A stretch of 64,000 nt of DNA from Mobula birostris (lineage: Eukaryota): assembly GCF_030028105.1 (NCBI RefSeq), contig NC_092397.1:22392630-22456629 (forward strand). The letters are read 5' to 3'. The notes beneath the pieces were generated by a model. The model did not search any database. It saw nothing but the letters and a program-made list of their open reading frames with translations, and was not told the origin of the DNA. This document shows positions 25,190-38,995 of this stretch, piece after piece (within the stretch, counting starts at the first letter, position 1; every line of letters begins with the position of its first letter). Position numbers and translations under genes: made by a program.

Positions 25190-28100
25190 TGGTATGGAAG
25201 TTTTACCTGATCTTTGTTCTAACAGGATGTCCTAGTATTCTGAGGCTGTGCCCTGTGATCCCAGACTGCCCCGCTATCGGAAACATCCTCCCCACTCCAT
25301 TGTAGGTCTTTCTATTTTTGATAAGTTTCAATGAGATTCCCTCATTCTTCTAAAGTCTAGCAAGTGCAGGCCGAGAGCCAGCAAACAATCCTTGTGCATT
25401 AACCCTTTTATTGCCAGGATCATTCTTGTGAACCTCCTGTGAACACGTACCTTTTTAGAGAAGGGGCCCAAAACAGTTCACAATACCAAGTGTGATCGGA
25501 CCAATGCCTTATAAACTCTGAGCATTACATCCTCGCTTTTGTGTTGTAGTCTTCTTGAAATGAATGCTGACGTTGCATTTGATTTCCTTACCACCAAATC
25601 AACTGGCAAGTTTATCATTAGGAAATCCTGCACATCGGAGACGTGCCTGACCCCAGTACCCGGGAGGGGGCACCCCACCGTGGCATCTCTCTTGCTGCCA
25701 CAGAATCTCCTGCACATCCCCTGTACTGTGAGTCTGTTGTCATCACTGCTGTGATTGACCTTTCCTCCCGCGGAGCATCGGACCGGGGTGTCAGTATCAC
25801 TGACGTGACGGGCTGCTGTTCTCTGGTTTGTCATCCTCCCAGGGGTATCCAAAGGAGTGTACTTGTTGCTGAGGGTCACAGCCACAGGGAGACATTGCAC
25901 TGTCTGTCTCTTCCCCTTTCCAGTCGTGGTCGTCACCAAACTATTTGCAGCCTGACCTCAGGTTTGACCAACCCACTGAATCTCTGGTCTCAGCATCCCG
26001 GAAACTCTGGGTCTGTCCATCTCCAGCACCATTCCCACTTCTAGTGGTCACCCTCATGCATTAATCCTTTTATTGCCAGGATCATTTGTGGCACCTTGTC
26101 AAAGAAAGCCTTTTGAAAGTCCAAATATATGACATCAGTGCATCCCCTTTATCCATCCTGCATGTAATCTCCTCAAAGTATTCCAACAGGTTCATCAGGC
26201 AAGACTTTCCCTTAAGGAAACCGTGCTGACTTTGTCCTTTCTTGTCCTGTGTTTCCAATACTCTTCAATAATTGACTCCGGTATCTTCCCAACCACTGAG
26301 GTCAGTCTAACTGGTCTATATTTCCCTTTCTGCTGCCTTGCTTTGTTATATGCCTTCCCTTTTGGTTTTACATTAGCTTTGATTTCCTTGTCAGCCGCGG
26401 TTGTACTATTTTGCCATTTGAGTATTTATTTGTTTTTGGAATACATTCATCCTGCACCTCCCTCATTCTCCCCAGAAACTGTTACTTCTCTGCTGCCATC
26501 CCTGCCAGCATCTCCTTCCAATTTATTTTAGCCAACTCTTCTCTCAAACCACTGTAACTGCCTTTACTCCACTGAAACACTGCTGTGTCAGACTGTACTT
26601 TCTCCCTGTCCAATTTCAAGCTGAACTCAATGATACTGAGATCACTGCCTCCTAAGGGTTCTTTTACCTTCAGCTCCCTAATCACCTCCAGTTTATTCAA
26701 TAACACACAATCCAGTATAGCTGTTCCCCTAGTAGCCCAATGACAAACTGCTCTAAAAAGCCATCTGTTCAGCATTCAGCAAACTCACTCTCTTCAGATC
26801 TATTTCCAACCTGATTTTCCCAATCGACCTGCATGTTAAAATCTCCCATGACTCTGATGAAATCTCCCCTTCCACAACATTGCCCTTTTGACCTGCCTTT
26901 TCTATTTCCTGTTGTAATCTGTGGTCCACATACCAGCAACTGTTGGGAGGCCTGTAAACAACTACCATCAAAGTCTTTTTTACACTTGCAGTTTTTAAAT
27001 TCAACTCACAATGATTCAACATCTTCCGATCCTGTGTCACATCTTTCTACTGATTTGTTACCATTCTTTACCAGCAGAGCCATGCCATCCCCATTGTCTA
27101 CCTTCCTATCCCTCTGATACGTGTAACCTGGGGCATTTAGCTCCGGACTAGAAACATCCTTCAGCCGTGATTTAGTGATGGTCACAACATTAAACATGAC
27201 AATCTGTAATAGGGCAATAAGATTATCCACCTTATTTCTTACACTCCGTGTATTGAGATATAACAGTTTGAGTTCTGCATTTGCTACCCTTATTGATTCT
27301 GCATTCCTCATGCACTGATACTCACCCTGCTGGCTGCAGTTATGTCCTATCATCTGCCTGCCCTTCCTGACAGTGTGACTGCATGCGATCTTTGCTTTTT
27401 TACCATCTGTCCTATCCTGCATCCTTTCACACCAGTTCCCATGCTCCTGCCAAATTAATTTAAACCCTCCCCAACCGCTCTAACAAACCAGCAGTATGCC
27501 CACAAGAAAACTAATCTCAGGGTTGTATATGGTGACAGAAATGTATTTTGATAATACATTTACTTTCAGCTTTGAACTTTGTAGTAGAGAGCTGGGTGTT
27601 GTACTGGTCTGTGTCCTCACTGGCCGGTGTTGTGCTCTGGCAGCTCAGTGTACTTGGTATATAGTGTCAGTGTTTCGACAGAAGTGTGTCCTTATTACAC
27701 AATTGATCTTGTTCATCCTGGAGTTTGGTAGATTCACTGGCGACCAGAGTGATTTTTTTCAGACTATTATTGGGCGGAGAATCATTCTGTGATCGTCGAG
27801 ACTATTTGACCCATCAAATTTATACCAACTCCTGCTACAACATTTCCACAATCCCATTCCCCACTGTACCCACAGCTCTGCAGGTCATTTCCCCTGAAGG
27901 ACTTGTCTAATTCCTCTCAGAACACTGGTTGTTCCTGCCACCACTCTGTTGAGTCCCATATTTCCCAAGGTGAAGTCAAGAATGTCCCTCTCCCTGGTGG
28001 ACGACATATTGTTTCAGGAAACCTTCCTGAACACAAATAATGCTCCATCCAAGCCTCGGTGCAAGGGAGTCCCAGTTACTCTGGGGAGGTTATTCACTCA

Positions 28101-30700
28101 CCAAATCTACTCTGTAGTTTTTACATCAGTCCATAACCTGCCGACATATCTGTTCCTCTCTTACTGGCTGTTGTGAGGCTTCCAGTATAATCCTAGCACG
28201 GAGATTGCTCCTTTCTTATTCCTGAACTCTACCCACATTGTCTGACTGGAGGAGCCTCCAGGGTGACCTTGACCTTGTGACATTCTGCCTGATCAGCCGT
28301 ACAGATCCCCAACCTCATTCACCTCCCTCTGGACTGTCTGAATCATCTGAATCCTGGAATGTTTCACTACCAGTCTTGCCCTTCTCTCAGCTGGATCTCT
28401 GTAAACACAAAATACTCTGCGGATGCTGGGGTCAAAACGAAAAGTCACTGTTTTGGGCCAGAACTGTAATACCTTTTTTATTTATTTCCTCGCTAGCAGG
28501 TGGCACTGGGATTATCCCCACCCCCACCACAGAGTTTCTACTTAACTTTTCCTCAACTCCCTAAGTTCTTTTTGCAGGACTTGTCTCTTTTGTTAGAGCC
28601 AATATGGACCACGACCTCTGGCTGCTCACCCTGCCCTTTCAGAATGGCCTGTACTTTTTCAGTTCCATCCTCGACCCTGGTACCAGGGAGGTAATGCATC
28701 ATCCTGCAGTCTGTCTCCTTACCACAGATACACCTGTCTGTGACCCCGGCTAAAGACTCCCCTGTCACTGAGGCTCACCGAGGACACAGAACAGTACAGC
28801 ACAGGAACAGACCCTTCTTCCCATGATGTCTGTGCTGAACACGATGCCAAATGAAACTAAATCTCTTCTGCCTGCTTATAATTCATGTGCTTAAATTCTC
28901 TGAATATTCATGGACTTGTCTAAAACCCTGTTAAATGTCATTATCATATCTGCTTCCACCACTCCCCAAGGCAGCCCATACCCGGCCCTCACCACTCTCT
29001 GTACAAAAACAGAAATCTTACCTGCCCTAACGTCCACCTTTAAATTTTCACCCTGGCATTTTAAAGCTGCACCTTCTCATATTTGATATTTCTACCCTGG
29101 CAAAATGATTCTGCCTGTTTACCTTGTCTACACCTCTCATAGTTTTATAAACTTCTGTCAGGTCTCCCCTCAGTCTCCTTCACTCCAGGGAAGACAGTCC
29201 CAGTCGGTCTGATCTTTCCTTGTAACTCAAGCCCCGCAGTCCAGGTAACATTCCTGTGAATTGTTTCTGCACCTTTCCAGCTTAATCACATCCTTCCTCT
29301 CATGTGACCAGAACTGCACAGGGTACTCCTGGTGTGGTGTCATTATTGATATGTACAACTGTAATGTGATGACCCAACTCCTCTCATAGCCTTTGCCGAT
29401 GAAGACAAGCATGTCGTGTTCCTTCTTCACCACCGTGTCTACCTGTGTTGGCACTTTCAGGGAATTATGCATCTGTGCCCCAGGTTTCTCTTTCATCAAC
29501 ACTCCTCAGGACCCTCCATTCAATGGGTACATCCTGACTTGCTTTAACTTCCCAAAATCCATCATTGTGCACTTGTCTGTCACGGTAACAACACTTCTCT
29601 GTTTCTCTGCACCAACACCCCAGCAGTAAATGTCAATGAACCATTCACCTCTGAACCTTGGTCATATATGGTTTTATGAACCACTCACTGCTCCCGTCTC
29701 TATTTTGTTGTGTAGTTCAGCACCTTGACCCCTCTCTATTTCTCTCGTTTACAATTTATCTCCACATAAATCACAGTCTGACTTTTGATTCCTCCTACCA
29801 TTCTACATGCCATCACACTTCACCACATTAAACTCCATTTACCAAGTATTCTACTCACCAGCTTCTTCTTATCCTGTTGGAGAGATGAAATGTCCAATCA
29901 CATCATGTCCCCCACCACATTCCCTGTCATTGACCTCCCTCCTCTGGGTCATTAATATCAATAATAAATCATTGTCGATCCAGAACTGGTCACTGGGACA
30001 CTCCACTAGTAATATCATCCCAGTCTGAAACAGACCTGTTATTCTGTCTCAGTATGGTAACCAGTCTTCAGTCAGTATTAACACACTTCCTTCCCAGTAC
30101 TGAGCTCTGGTCTTGTGCACCAGCCTTACATGTGGCACCTTGACAAATGACTCCCGAAAATCCAAAAACACCGCTTCTCCAACTTCCCCTGTAAAGTCTC
30201 AAATCTCTGGTATGTTTGTCAAACATGACTGAACGTTCAGCAACCCAGGTTACAGGGTCTAAGACCAGGTTCCAGATGGACAGGGTGGTGAAGAGGCTTT
30301 TGGAACACTGGCCTTCAGTCAGGGCACCGAATATAGAAGCTGGGATGAAATGTTGCAGTTGTCCAACACGTTGGTTTGGCCGCATTTCGCAAATAGTGTT
30401 TAGTTTTAGTGACCCTGCTGTCTGACAGACACCATTAAGCTGGGAAGAGAGCAGAGGAGGTTTACGAGGATGTTGCTGGATCTTGAAGGACTGATTTGTG
30501 GAAAGCGTTTTGGTCAATTTTCCCTGGAATGTTGGAGAATGAGTAATGATATTGCAGAGGTGTAAAAAAATAATAAGGGGCCTGAGTTGGGTCAAAGATA
30601 ACAATCATTTTGCCAGTGTTGGGGAATCAAGAACTGGAGGGCATTGGTTTAAGATGAGATTTAATAGGAACCTGAAGGGCAACTTTTCCAGTTGGTGGTG
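25190..30700. mobile_element. Mosaic of degenerate CR1 fragments, mostly minus strand
   Basis: VVYRPPNS, LYLNTRSVRNK, EQPEVVVHIG and EY.VQFWS motifs in ORFs 25478-29502; a plus-strand piece at about 30260-30700. Confidence 0.75.
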
Positions 30701-31279
30701 GTGAGGGGGTTACAGACCACGAGCTCAGATGGAAACTTTGGTCATCGTGGACAATTTAAGCTGAAGGTCTTGTTTCTGTGCTGTGTGAATCTGACTGTAA
30801 ACCCTGTTGACTTAGTTCAATGACATTAAACTTTTCGAAATGATTTGCTATTTCTTGATAGATTATCGACTCCAGTACCTGAAGTGAAGTTAACAGGACT
30901 ACAGTTACCTTCCACCATTCTTCAACAATGGTTTTCAACTAACTGGGACCTTTCTGTAACAGTGAGTTTTGACAGACTTCAATGTCTCTCCTTTCTCTCC
31001 AGACTTTAGTGCAGGTCGTTGGGACCTGGTAATGTTTGCTTTTAGTCCCATTAGTTTCTCCCTGGAGACGGCGGTTGTTACACATTATGGCACAATATTG
31101 AAATGTCACCATCAGATATCTGTGGGATGTTTTCTGTGTCCCCACTGTGAACACTAACTCCTTGTCGGTCTGATGGTCTGATGTTCAGTGCAGACTGGCA
31201 ATCCTGCGACACCGCTGGTGCTTGACTCCATCGGTCTCCGCTGTTGCTCTGGATTCATCAGCTCCTGCATGGGCGACTG

Positions 31280-31743
31280 CTTGCTTTACGTATCGTACGT
31301 CCCCGACTTGCTTTACGTTTTGTACGTCCCTGACTTGCTTTACGTTTCGTACGTCCCCGACTTGCTTTACGTTTCGTACGTCCCCGACTTGCTTTACGTA
31401 TCGTACGTCCCCGACTTGCTTTACGTATCGTACGTCCCCGACTTGCTTTACGTTTCGTACGTCCCCGACTTGCTTTACGTTTCGTACGTCCCCGACTTGC
31501 TTTACGTTTCGTACGTCCCCGACTTGCTTTACGTTTCGTACGTCGCCGACTTGCTTTACGTTTCGTACGTCGCCGACTTGCTTTACGTTTCGTACGTCGC
31601 CGACTTGCTTTACGTTTCGTACGTCGCCGACTTGCTTTACGTTTCGTACGTCGCCGACTTGCTTTACGTTTCGTACGTCGCCGACTTGCTTTACGTATCG
31701 TACGTCCCCGACTTGCTTTACGTTTCGTACTTCCCCGACTTGC
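31280..31743. repeat. Minisatellite, 17 x 27 bp (TTGCTTTACGT[T/A]TCGTACGTC[C/G]CCGAC)
   Basis: Directly visible; 9-aa periodicity in four overlapping ORFs. Confidence 0.97.
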
Positions 31744-31809
31744 ATATCGATTTCCACAGCTAGGGCGCAATATCCATGGTCGACCCTGACCAGCGGAGAG
31801 CCATCACCA

Positions 31810-32165
31810 ACATGTTTGCATGTGGCCTCCTCTACTGCTACGACGAAGCCAAGTACAGGTTAGCCAAACAACACCTCATATTCTGACTGTGCAGCCTCCA
31901 ATCTTGATAGAATGAACATTGATTTCTACCAATTCCGGATATCACTACACTCTGTTTCCCTCACCCCCACTTCTTTTCCCCCATTCTGATACCATTTAAC
32001 CCCTTCACCTCTCTTCACACACCCTCATGACCTGGCCATCAACTCTGTCTGGTTCTCCACCTCCTTCGTGTCATCCCATGGTCCAAAGTTCTCTCCTATT
32101 GGATTCCTTTCTCTTCATCGCTTTGCCTTTTCTGCCTGTCACCCAGCTCCTCAGATCATCATCCC
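31810..32165 (+). mobile_element. Penelope-like element: GIY-YIG C-terminus and 3' region
   Basis: Translates GLLYCYDEA..RL..QHLIF.L.SLQ...MNIDF.QFR, then a pyrimidine-rich tract. Confidence 0.75.
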
Positions 32166-32204
32166 TCCACAAACCACACGTTCCCTAAGGATGAGCTGTA
32201 CCTA

Positions 32205-32555
32205 ATGCAATCTGCAAGAGAACTGAGACTTCAGAAAAGATTTGTTTTCCAGCAAGACAATGACTGCGAGCTTAAAACCAAAGCTGCACAGGAATGCCTT
32301 AAGACAACACAGTTCATGTCCTGGTGTGGCCAAGTCAGAGTCCAGACCTCAATCTGTGGCTGGACTTGAAAAGGGCTGTTCACTCATAAACTCTGTGCAT
32401 TCTGACAGACCTTGAGCAGTTTTGTAAGGAAGAATGGGAAAAATTGCAGTGTCCAGATGTGCAAAGCTGATAGTGACCTATCCACATAGACTCATGGTTG
32501 TAATTGCTGCCAACGGTCCATCGACTAAATACTGACTTGAAGGAGGTGAATACAC
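32205..32555 (+). mobile_element. Tc1/mariner transposase C-terminal fragment
   Basis: FVFQQDND...K.KAAQE.L..V.VL.WPSQSPDLN..WLDLKRAVH, with indels. Confidence 0.85.
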
Positions 32556-33164
32556 CTACCTGCACAGGGTCCATTCCCTGTACGTTATATTACATGACAC
32601 CCTTACTCTTATGTTTAACACCCTGACCAGTGGAAACCAGCATTCTGCACACCTTATCCCGCTGTGTAGCCACATTCAGTGAACTATGTGCCTGGATCCC
32701 AAGATCACTCTTTACACCAATGCTGTGAAGGGGTCAGACATTAACATTATACTTTCTTCTTTCATTTGACCTCCCAAACTGCAACGCCACATTCCCTCCC
32801 AGATTAAATTCCTTCTGCAGCTACTCTGCATATCTGTTTGTGATCTGTATCCCACTGTGTGCATTGATCAATATCTACACTGTCCACAATTCCACCTATC
32901 TTGCTGTCACCTGTAGACTTGTAAACCGCCCATCAACATTTTCATCCAAACATCGATATATATCAGAAACAACATAATTCCCAGCATCAATCCTTGTGGA
33001 TCACCACTGCTCACAGACTTCCAGCCCTACTTAGCCTTCTATGAGAAAGCCATTTCTGAATTGAAATTGCAATTTATATTGAATCCCACTGCTCTTTTTC
33101 AAATGCCTTACTGAGGTTTATGCGGATCATGTCCACAGCCTTGCCCTCATCAAGCACCAAGATG

Positions 33165-34110
33165 TTGGGTCTCATTCTTTTCACATTATATGTCAATGAT
33201 TTGGATGATGGAATTCATGAATTTATTGCAAAATTTGCAGATGATATGAAGAGACAGGTGGAGGTGCAGGTATTTTTGAGGAAATAGGGAAGGACAGACA
33301 GATGAAGAGAATGGGCAAAGAAGTGGCAGATGGAATACAGAATTGGGAAGTGTATGGTCATGCACTTTGGTTGAAGAAATAGTAGGGTTGATTATTTTCT
33401 AAATGGAGAGAAGATACAAAAAATTGAGGTACAAAGGGATTTGGGAGTCATTGTGCAGGATTCTCTACAGGCTAATTTGCAGGTTGGGTCTCTGCTGAGA
33501 AAGGCAACTGTGATGTTAGCATTCATTTCAAGAGGACTGGAATATAAAAACAAGACTGTAATGTTGAGACTTTATGAAGTACTGGCAAAGTCTCACTTGG
33601 AGTATTGGGAGCAGTTTTGGGCCCTGTATGGAAGGATGAGCTGAAACTGGATGGGTTTCAAACGAGATTCTCTGAAATGATTCCAGGATCAAACAGCTTG
33701 TCATATGAAGAACATTTCATGGCTCTGGGCCTTTTATTCACTGGAATTGAGAACAATGAGGGATGACTAATTGAAACCTATCACTGTGATAAAGTTGATG
33801 TGGAGAGGATGGGAGTGTCTAAGACCAGAGGACACAGCCGCAGAATAGAGGAGCATCCTTTTAGAATGGAGATGAGGAGGAATTTCTTTAGAGAGAGTGG
33901 TGAATCTGTGGAATTCGTTGTCACAGGCAGCAGCTGTGGAGGCCAAGGTATATTTAAGGTAGAGATCGATAGATTCTTGATTGGTCAGAGCATGAAGGGA
34001 CACATGGAGAAGGCAGGAGATTGGGGCTGAGAGGAAAAATGGATCAGCCACAATGAAATGTCAGAGCAGACTCGATGGGCCAAATGGTCTAATTCTACTC
34101 CTATACCTTA
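33165..34110 (+). mobile_element. CR1 LINE, 5'-truncated
   Basis: YVNDLDDG..KFADD, WAKKWQMEY, LAFISRGLEYK, HLEYWEQFW. Confidence 0.85.
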
Positions 34111-35699
34111 GTCTCTGTCATCACCTCACAAACCTCGAGCAACTTTGTCAAGCATGATCTGCCCACACAAAACCATGCTGATTGTCCCTAAGCAGGCCAT
34201 GCCTTTGCAAATGTGCATAAATCCTGTACCTCAATATTTAACTCTGACCTGGTTGTCTTTAAACAACTCCCACATGTGGCTGCTCCCAATCAATGCCCCT
34301 TGGCTTCTGTCTTACTACGTCCTAACTTGCCCTCCTGCAATTTAGTACCTTCTTACAAGATCTAATTTTATTCTTACTCATAACTAAGAAAAATATAAGA
34401 TCCCAAAATTTTCACTGAGTCTTGGCTGTCTCCTGGTCTGGTTCATTTCCCAAAACTAATTCCCACATGTTCTCAACTCTGGTTGGGCTCGACATAATGT
34501 TTCAAAATTTCCTCAGATTCACTAAAGAAATCTTGCGCTTCTTAGTATTGAGCAAATTCCAGTGAATTCTAGGGAAGATAAAGTCCCCCCACTGGTTATT
34601 GTGGGGCCAGTGCAAACATCCCAGCAGTGTAACTGCAGATTGCCTCTGTAAATGAACCTTCCAGTTTGCAGTGACATTCCCAGTGGGGTAACCTCTGCAT
34701 CTTTTAACCCCCCCTCCCACCCCCACTCACATGTAAAACAATCAAACCCAGGAATGTTGAGCTGCCAGCCCTGTCCGTCCGACAACATAAAACTCCTAAT
34801 GTTGAAATAAACTCATTTCAGCCCAGCAATCCCACCATGTTTATTAGCCTGACATTGGCTCTCGTTCTTTTCAGACTGTCTTGTCAGACATACATTCTCC
34901 CACTTGCTACTCCAGTTCAAACTCTGCCAAGTGACACCATCAAACCTCCTGGTGAAGGTATTGGTTCAAATGCAAATGGTCTTGTTTGTCCCGGTCTCCC
35001 AGCTGCCTGGACCACCCATGAATCCATGAATCTGAAAACCTCCCTCCTGCATCAGTTCCTCAGCAACATATTAAACTGCGCGAAATATCGATTTCTCACC
35101 ACACTAGCGCATGGTTTTGGTCACAATTCCGCGATTACAATCCTGGAAGTCCTGCTTTTTTTTAAACCTAGTTCTCTAAAACCACTGTATAGGACTTAAC
35201 ATCCCTGCTCATTTAAACCCTTCCGTGTAGCACGAAGAAGGCTCCCCGGAAACATATTGGCTCCCCTCCTCCTTGGACCCGTCTCTCGTTTCCCTTGAGA
35301 CCCAAAGATCCTTGTACCTGAAGAACCACCCACCTCGCACCAGCTCCTCAGCCACCCCTTTACCTGGGCTTTAGAAGGCGCCAGAAGCGCGGTCTATATA
35401 TCTGGTTATGTATCCTGTTCCTGTATGTGACCAGTCTTTCATTTCCCTGACGACCCAGAGGAACAATTGTTCTAATGAATCAACCCTCTCATCACTGGAA
35501 GTGACTGCACCCTCGCCCACCAACTGCTGTGTGTGAGGGCGCTGACACTGGTCATGGGGCCGGGAGGGACAGACCGAGGTCCTCGGGGATTTGTAGAATG
35601 GAAAAGCACTTCCTTTAATTTAAAGCAGGAGAATCGGCAAATTCCCAGAAAACCCATAGTATGTACGTGGTGTGTGAGGGAGTTTTGTTTTTCGCTGGA

Positions 35700-35875
35700 G
35701 CGCTTTGTGTCGGATGAATCGTTGGAAATTGGCGGTTGTGGTAAAGTGAAGGCGGAGCTGGACGATGAGAGGCCGCTCTCGGCTCTGTCCGTCACTCTGA
35801 CTCTGTCTCCTCCCCTCCCCGCCTCTGTCTCTCTGCGCGTTTCTCGGGCAGGTCGGGGCGCTGTGTATAAAAGGA
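35700..35875 (+). promoter_or_regulatory. H4 promoter
   Basis: TTGGCGG (E2F-like), GC box, CAGGTCGG (H4 site II-like), TATAAAA at 35866-35872. Confidence 0.75.
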
Positions 35876-35917
35876 GATAGCAGCAGGCAGTTTGTCAGTG
35901 AGCAGCGACTTGAGTGA

Positions 35918-36238
<321 letters not shown>

Positions 36239-36271
36239 AAAACTCCCACTTCCTCCCGAGCACAAAACAAA

Positions 36272-36287
36272 GGCTCTTCTAAGAGCC
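36272..36287 (+). terminator. Histone 3' stem-loop (H4)
   Basis: GGCTCT-TCTA-AGAGCC then ACCCA. Confidence 0.95.
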
Positions 36288-36759
36288 ACCCACCGCCTCA
36301 CAGACGGAGCCGTATCCACAGACTTTTAATTATTTTTTATCGATACGTTCAGTTCAGTTGCATTTGAAACAGATTGATCGATTCTGCTTGAAACATACTG
36401 CAATTTTGCCTTTCCAGTCAGTGATTACCGCAAAACCTGCATTAGGATCGATTTTAATCCTCTATCAGTTTCGAACAGAAATCAGTTCACTCGTTTAGAG
36501 AACGATTCTGCAGTTGTGAATTTAAATCTTAACTGAGGAAATTAGATATTAAATTTATTAAACGAAACTGAATTTGTATAATTCGTCATACAATTAATTG
36601 TTAATAAAATGTAATCAAGCACCGTTGCTGGATGGTCTTCAATTGCCAGGCGATTTTAAATTAATCCGGCGCCAATCACTCTGCATGAATGAAGTCCGAC
36701 CGCTCGGCAAATTTTTATTTGTCGTAAATTTTTATTTGCCGCCAGCCTACAGGAAATGA

Positions 36760-36846
36760 ATCAACCAATCGCAGTAAGGAACCTTAATAGACACCTGGTT
36801 CAGCCAATCAGAGGTGATGGGCAGACCCTTTCCAAAAGTATAAAAT
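36760..36846 (+). promoter_or_regulatory. H3 promoter
   Basis: CCAAT at 36765 and 36804; TATAAAA at 36839-36845. Confidence 0.8.
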
Positions 36847-36909
36847 CCTGTCCCGAAGCACGCTTCGTCTATCTTGTTCCTGTATTTCAGCCCGTGCTGT
36901 CGGTTCTGA

Positions 36910-37326
<417 letters not shown>

Positions 37327-37355
37327 ACCCAGCCTCCACAACAAGCACAAGAAAA

Positions 37356-37371
37356 GGCTCTTTTAAGAGCC
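37356..37371 (+). terminator. Histone 3' stem-loop (H3)
   Basis: GGCTCT-TTTA-AGAGCC; HDE-like AAAGGGCTG at about 37388. Confidence 0.95.
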
Positions 37372-38144
37372 ACTACCACAGCAAAGGAAAGGGCTGTCGC
37401 TTGCTGATTATTGTAGTGACGATCTGCCTTCCTGATGGGGTTGTTCGGTTTCGCATTAACTGACCGCAATCATCAGCTGTTCTGTGCCGACAGGTTAATT
37501 CAGCAAGAGACAGGAGATGAACGCGCTCCCTCCCTGTCAGGGTCTCATCTGGCCCTTCACTTCTCCCACAAACCTGGCATGTACAGCTGCTGCGGCTGTT
37601 ACCGTTTTGTTTGCTTTCGACATGCCCGGCTGTCCTTGGAGTGGGAGCATGCGGTCGCAATGGGTACAGTGGGAGATTTCCGAGAGCGGTAATTATATAT
37701 TTTTGATTTTATTCTTGTAAATGTTGTGTAAATAAACTTTTGTAGCTGGTACCTGATTGAAGGTCAGTCGGCAAAGTCGCCGGGAAGGTTATCATATATC
37801 TTCCCCCTGCAGTCCATCCCCAGAGACAGATCCCTCTCTCAAGACGCCCCCTCCCCTCTCACATGGGTTTCAGCAGTTCCCAATCAACTCAGCTGAATCG
37901 GGCTTTGGGATGCGAGGTGCGGAATCTCAGTCACGCTGTCCTGGAGCGGGAGAAGGAACTGGGCCTGCAGACCACCCCACCGGTCTCACTCTCTCTCACA
38001 CACACACAACCCGAGTGAAACGCAGCGTTTCACTTCAAATCTGGGACGTCAGGGCCGCTCTGCGATAAGTTCCCCCGCAAAACTCAGTCGGACCCGGCGC
38101 GGGAATCACAATATTCACGATCAGCTCTTTTCTGAGATGTGGGT

Positions 38145-38160
38145 GGCTCTGAGAAGAGCC
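38145..38160 (-). terminator. Histone 3' stem-loop (H1)
   Basis: Reverse complement GGCTCT-TCTC-AGAGCC-ACCCA; HDE AAAAGAGCTG at 38122-38131. Confidence 0.95.
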
Positions 38161-38196
38161 GTTGGGTTCAAACACTTACAAACGGTATACCTTAAT

Positions 38197-38847
38197 TCAC
38201 TTTTTGACTGCTGTCTTCTTGGCCGCCTTCTTCTTCGGGGCTGCGAGTTTCTTGGGGCTCTTTGGCTTCGACGCCGCTGGTTTCTTAGCTGCCGCTTTTT
38301 TAGCCGCTGGTTTCTTAGCTGCCGTTTTTTTAGCCGCTGGTTTCTTAGCTGCCGCTTTTTTAGCCGCTGGTTTCTTAGCTGCCGCTTTTTTAGCCGCTGG
38401 TTTCTTCGCTGCCGCTTTCTTCGCCGCTGGGTTCTTGGCGCCAGACTTCTTGCTTGGAGATTTCTTGATGGCAGATTTCTTTACCGATGGTTTGTTCGCT
38501 TTCTTCACCGCTTTCACGGCACTTTTTCCTTGACCGGATTTAAAGGATCCCGAAAGACCCGCGCCCTTGGTCTGAACCAAGGAGCCGCTTTCCACTCTCT
38601 TCCTGATGCACATCCTGATCTGGGCGCGACGTTTCCCCACATCGACACCGCTGCTGGTCAGAGCCTTCATGATGGCCACAGCGGACATCCCCTTCCTATC
38701 GCGACAATCCGCCACAATCTTATCGATTTGTTCGCCCAGCTTGGGACCGGCTGGTTTGCTCCGGCCGGCCGCCTTCTTCTTGGGAGTCTTCTTTGCGGCG
38801 GCGGGTGCGGCTGGAGGAGCCGTTTCGGCGGGTGCTGTCTCGGTCAT
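38197..38847 (-). CDS. H1: Histone H1, replication-dependent
   Basis: 216 aa; TETAPA N-terminus, winged-helix LVQTKGAG.SGSFK, K/A/P-rich tail, stem-loop downstream. Confidence 0.96.
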   Translation of the reverse strand: MTETAPAETAPPAAPAAAKKTPKKKAAGRSKPAGPKLGEQIDKIVADCRDRKGMSAVAIMKALTSSGVDVGKRRAQIRMCIRKRVESGSLVQTKGAGLSGSFKSGQGKSAVKAVKKANKPSVKKSAIKKSPSKKSGAKNPAAKKAAAKKPAAKKAAAKKPAAKKAAAKKPAAKKTAAKKPAAKKAAAKKPAASKPKSPKKLAAPKKKAAKKTAVKK

Positions 38848-38919
38848 GTCGGCGACTCTGGAAAATGCTTCTCACAATCAGACTGAATGAGAACTGAAGC
38901 GAAAGGCGGCGGCCCAGAG

Positions 38920-38995
38920 CAATTTAAAGACAGCGAGCGGACGGGGCGGAGACATCCTGCTGTCAGCTCCCGGAGACTTCATTTTTCTGTGTTTC
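38920..38995 (-). promoter_or_regulatory. H1 promoter
   Basis: TTTAAA TATA-like at about 38923, GC box at 38943, H1 AC box AAACACA at 38988-38994. Confidence 0.75.

Noticed and set aside
31185-31263. CTGATGA...CTGA on the minus strand as a box C/D snoRNA or hammerhead
   Set aside because: Imperfect C box, no terminal stem and no correctly placed GAAA
31280-31743. CRISPR-like array
   Set aside because: Head-to-tail repeats with no unique spacers, no cas genes, eukaryotic context
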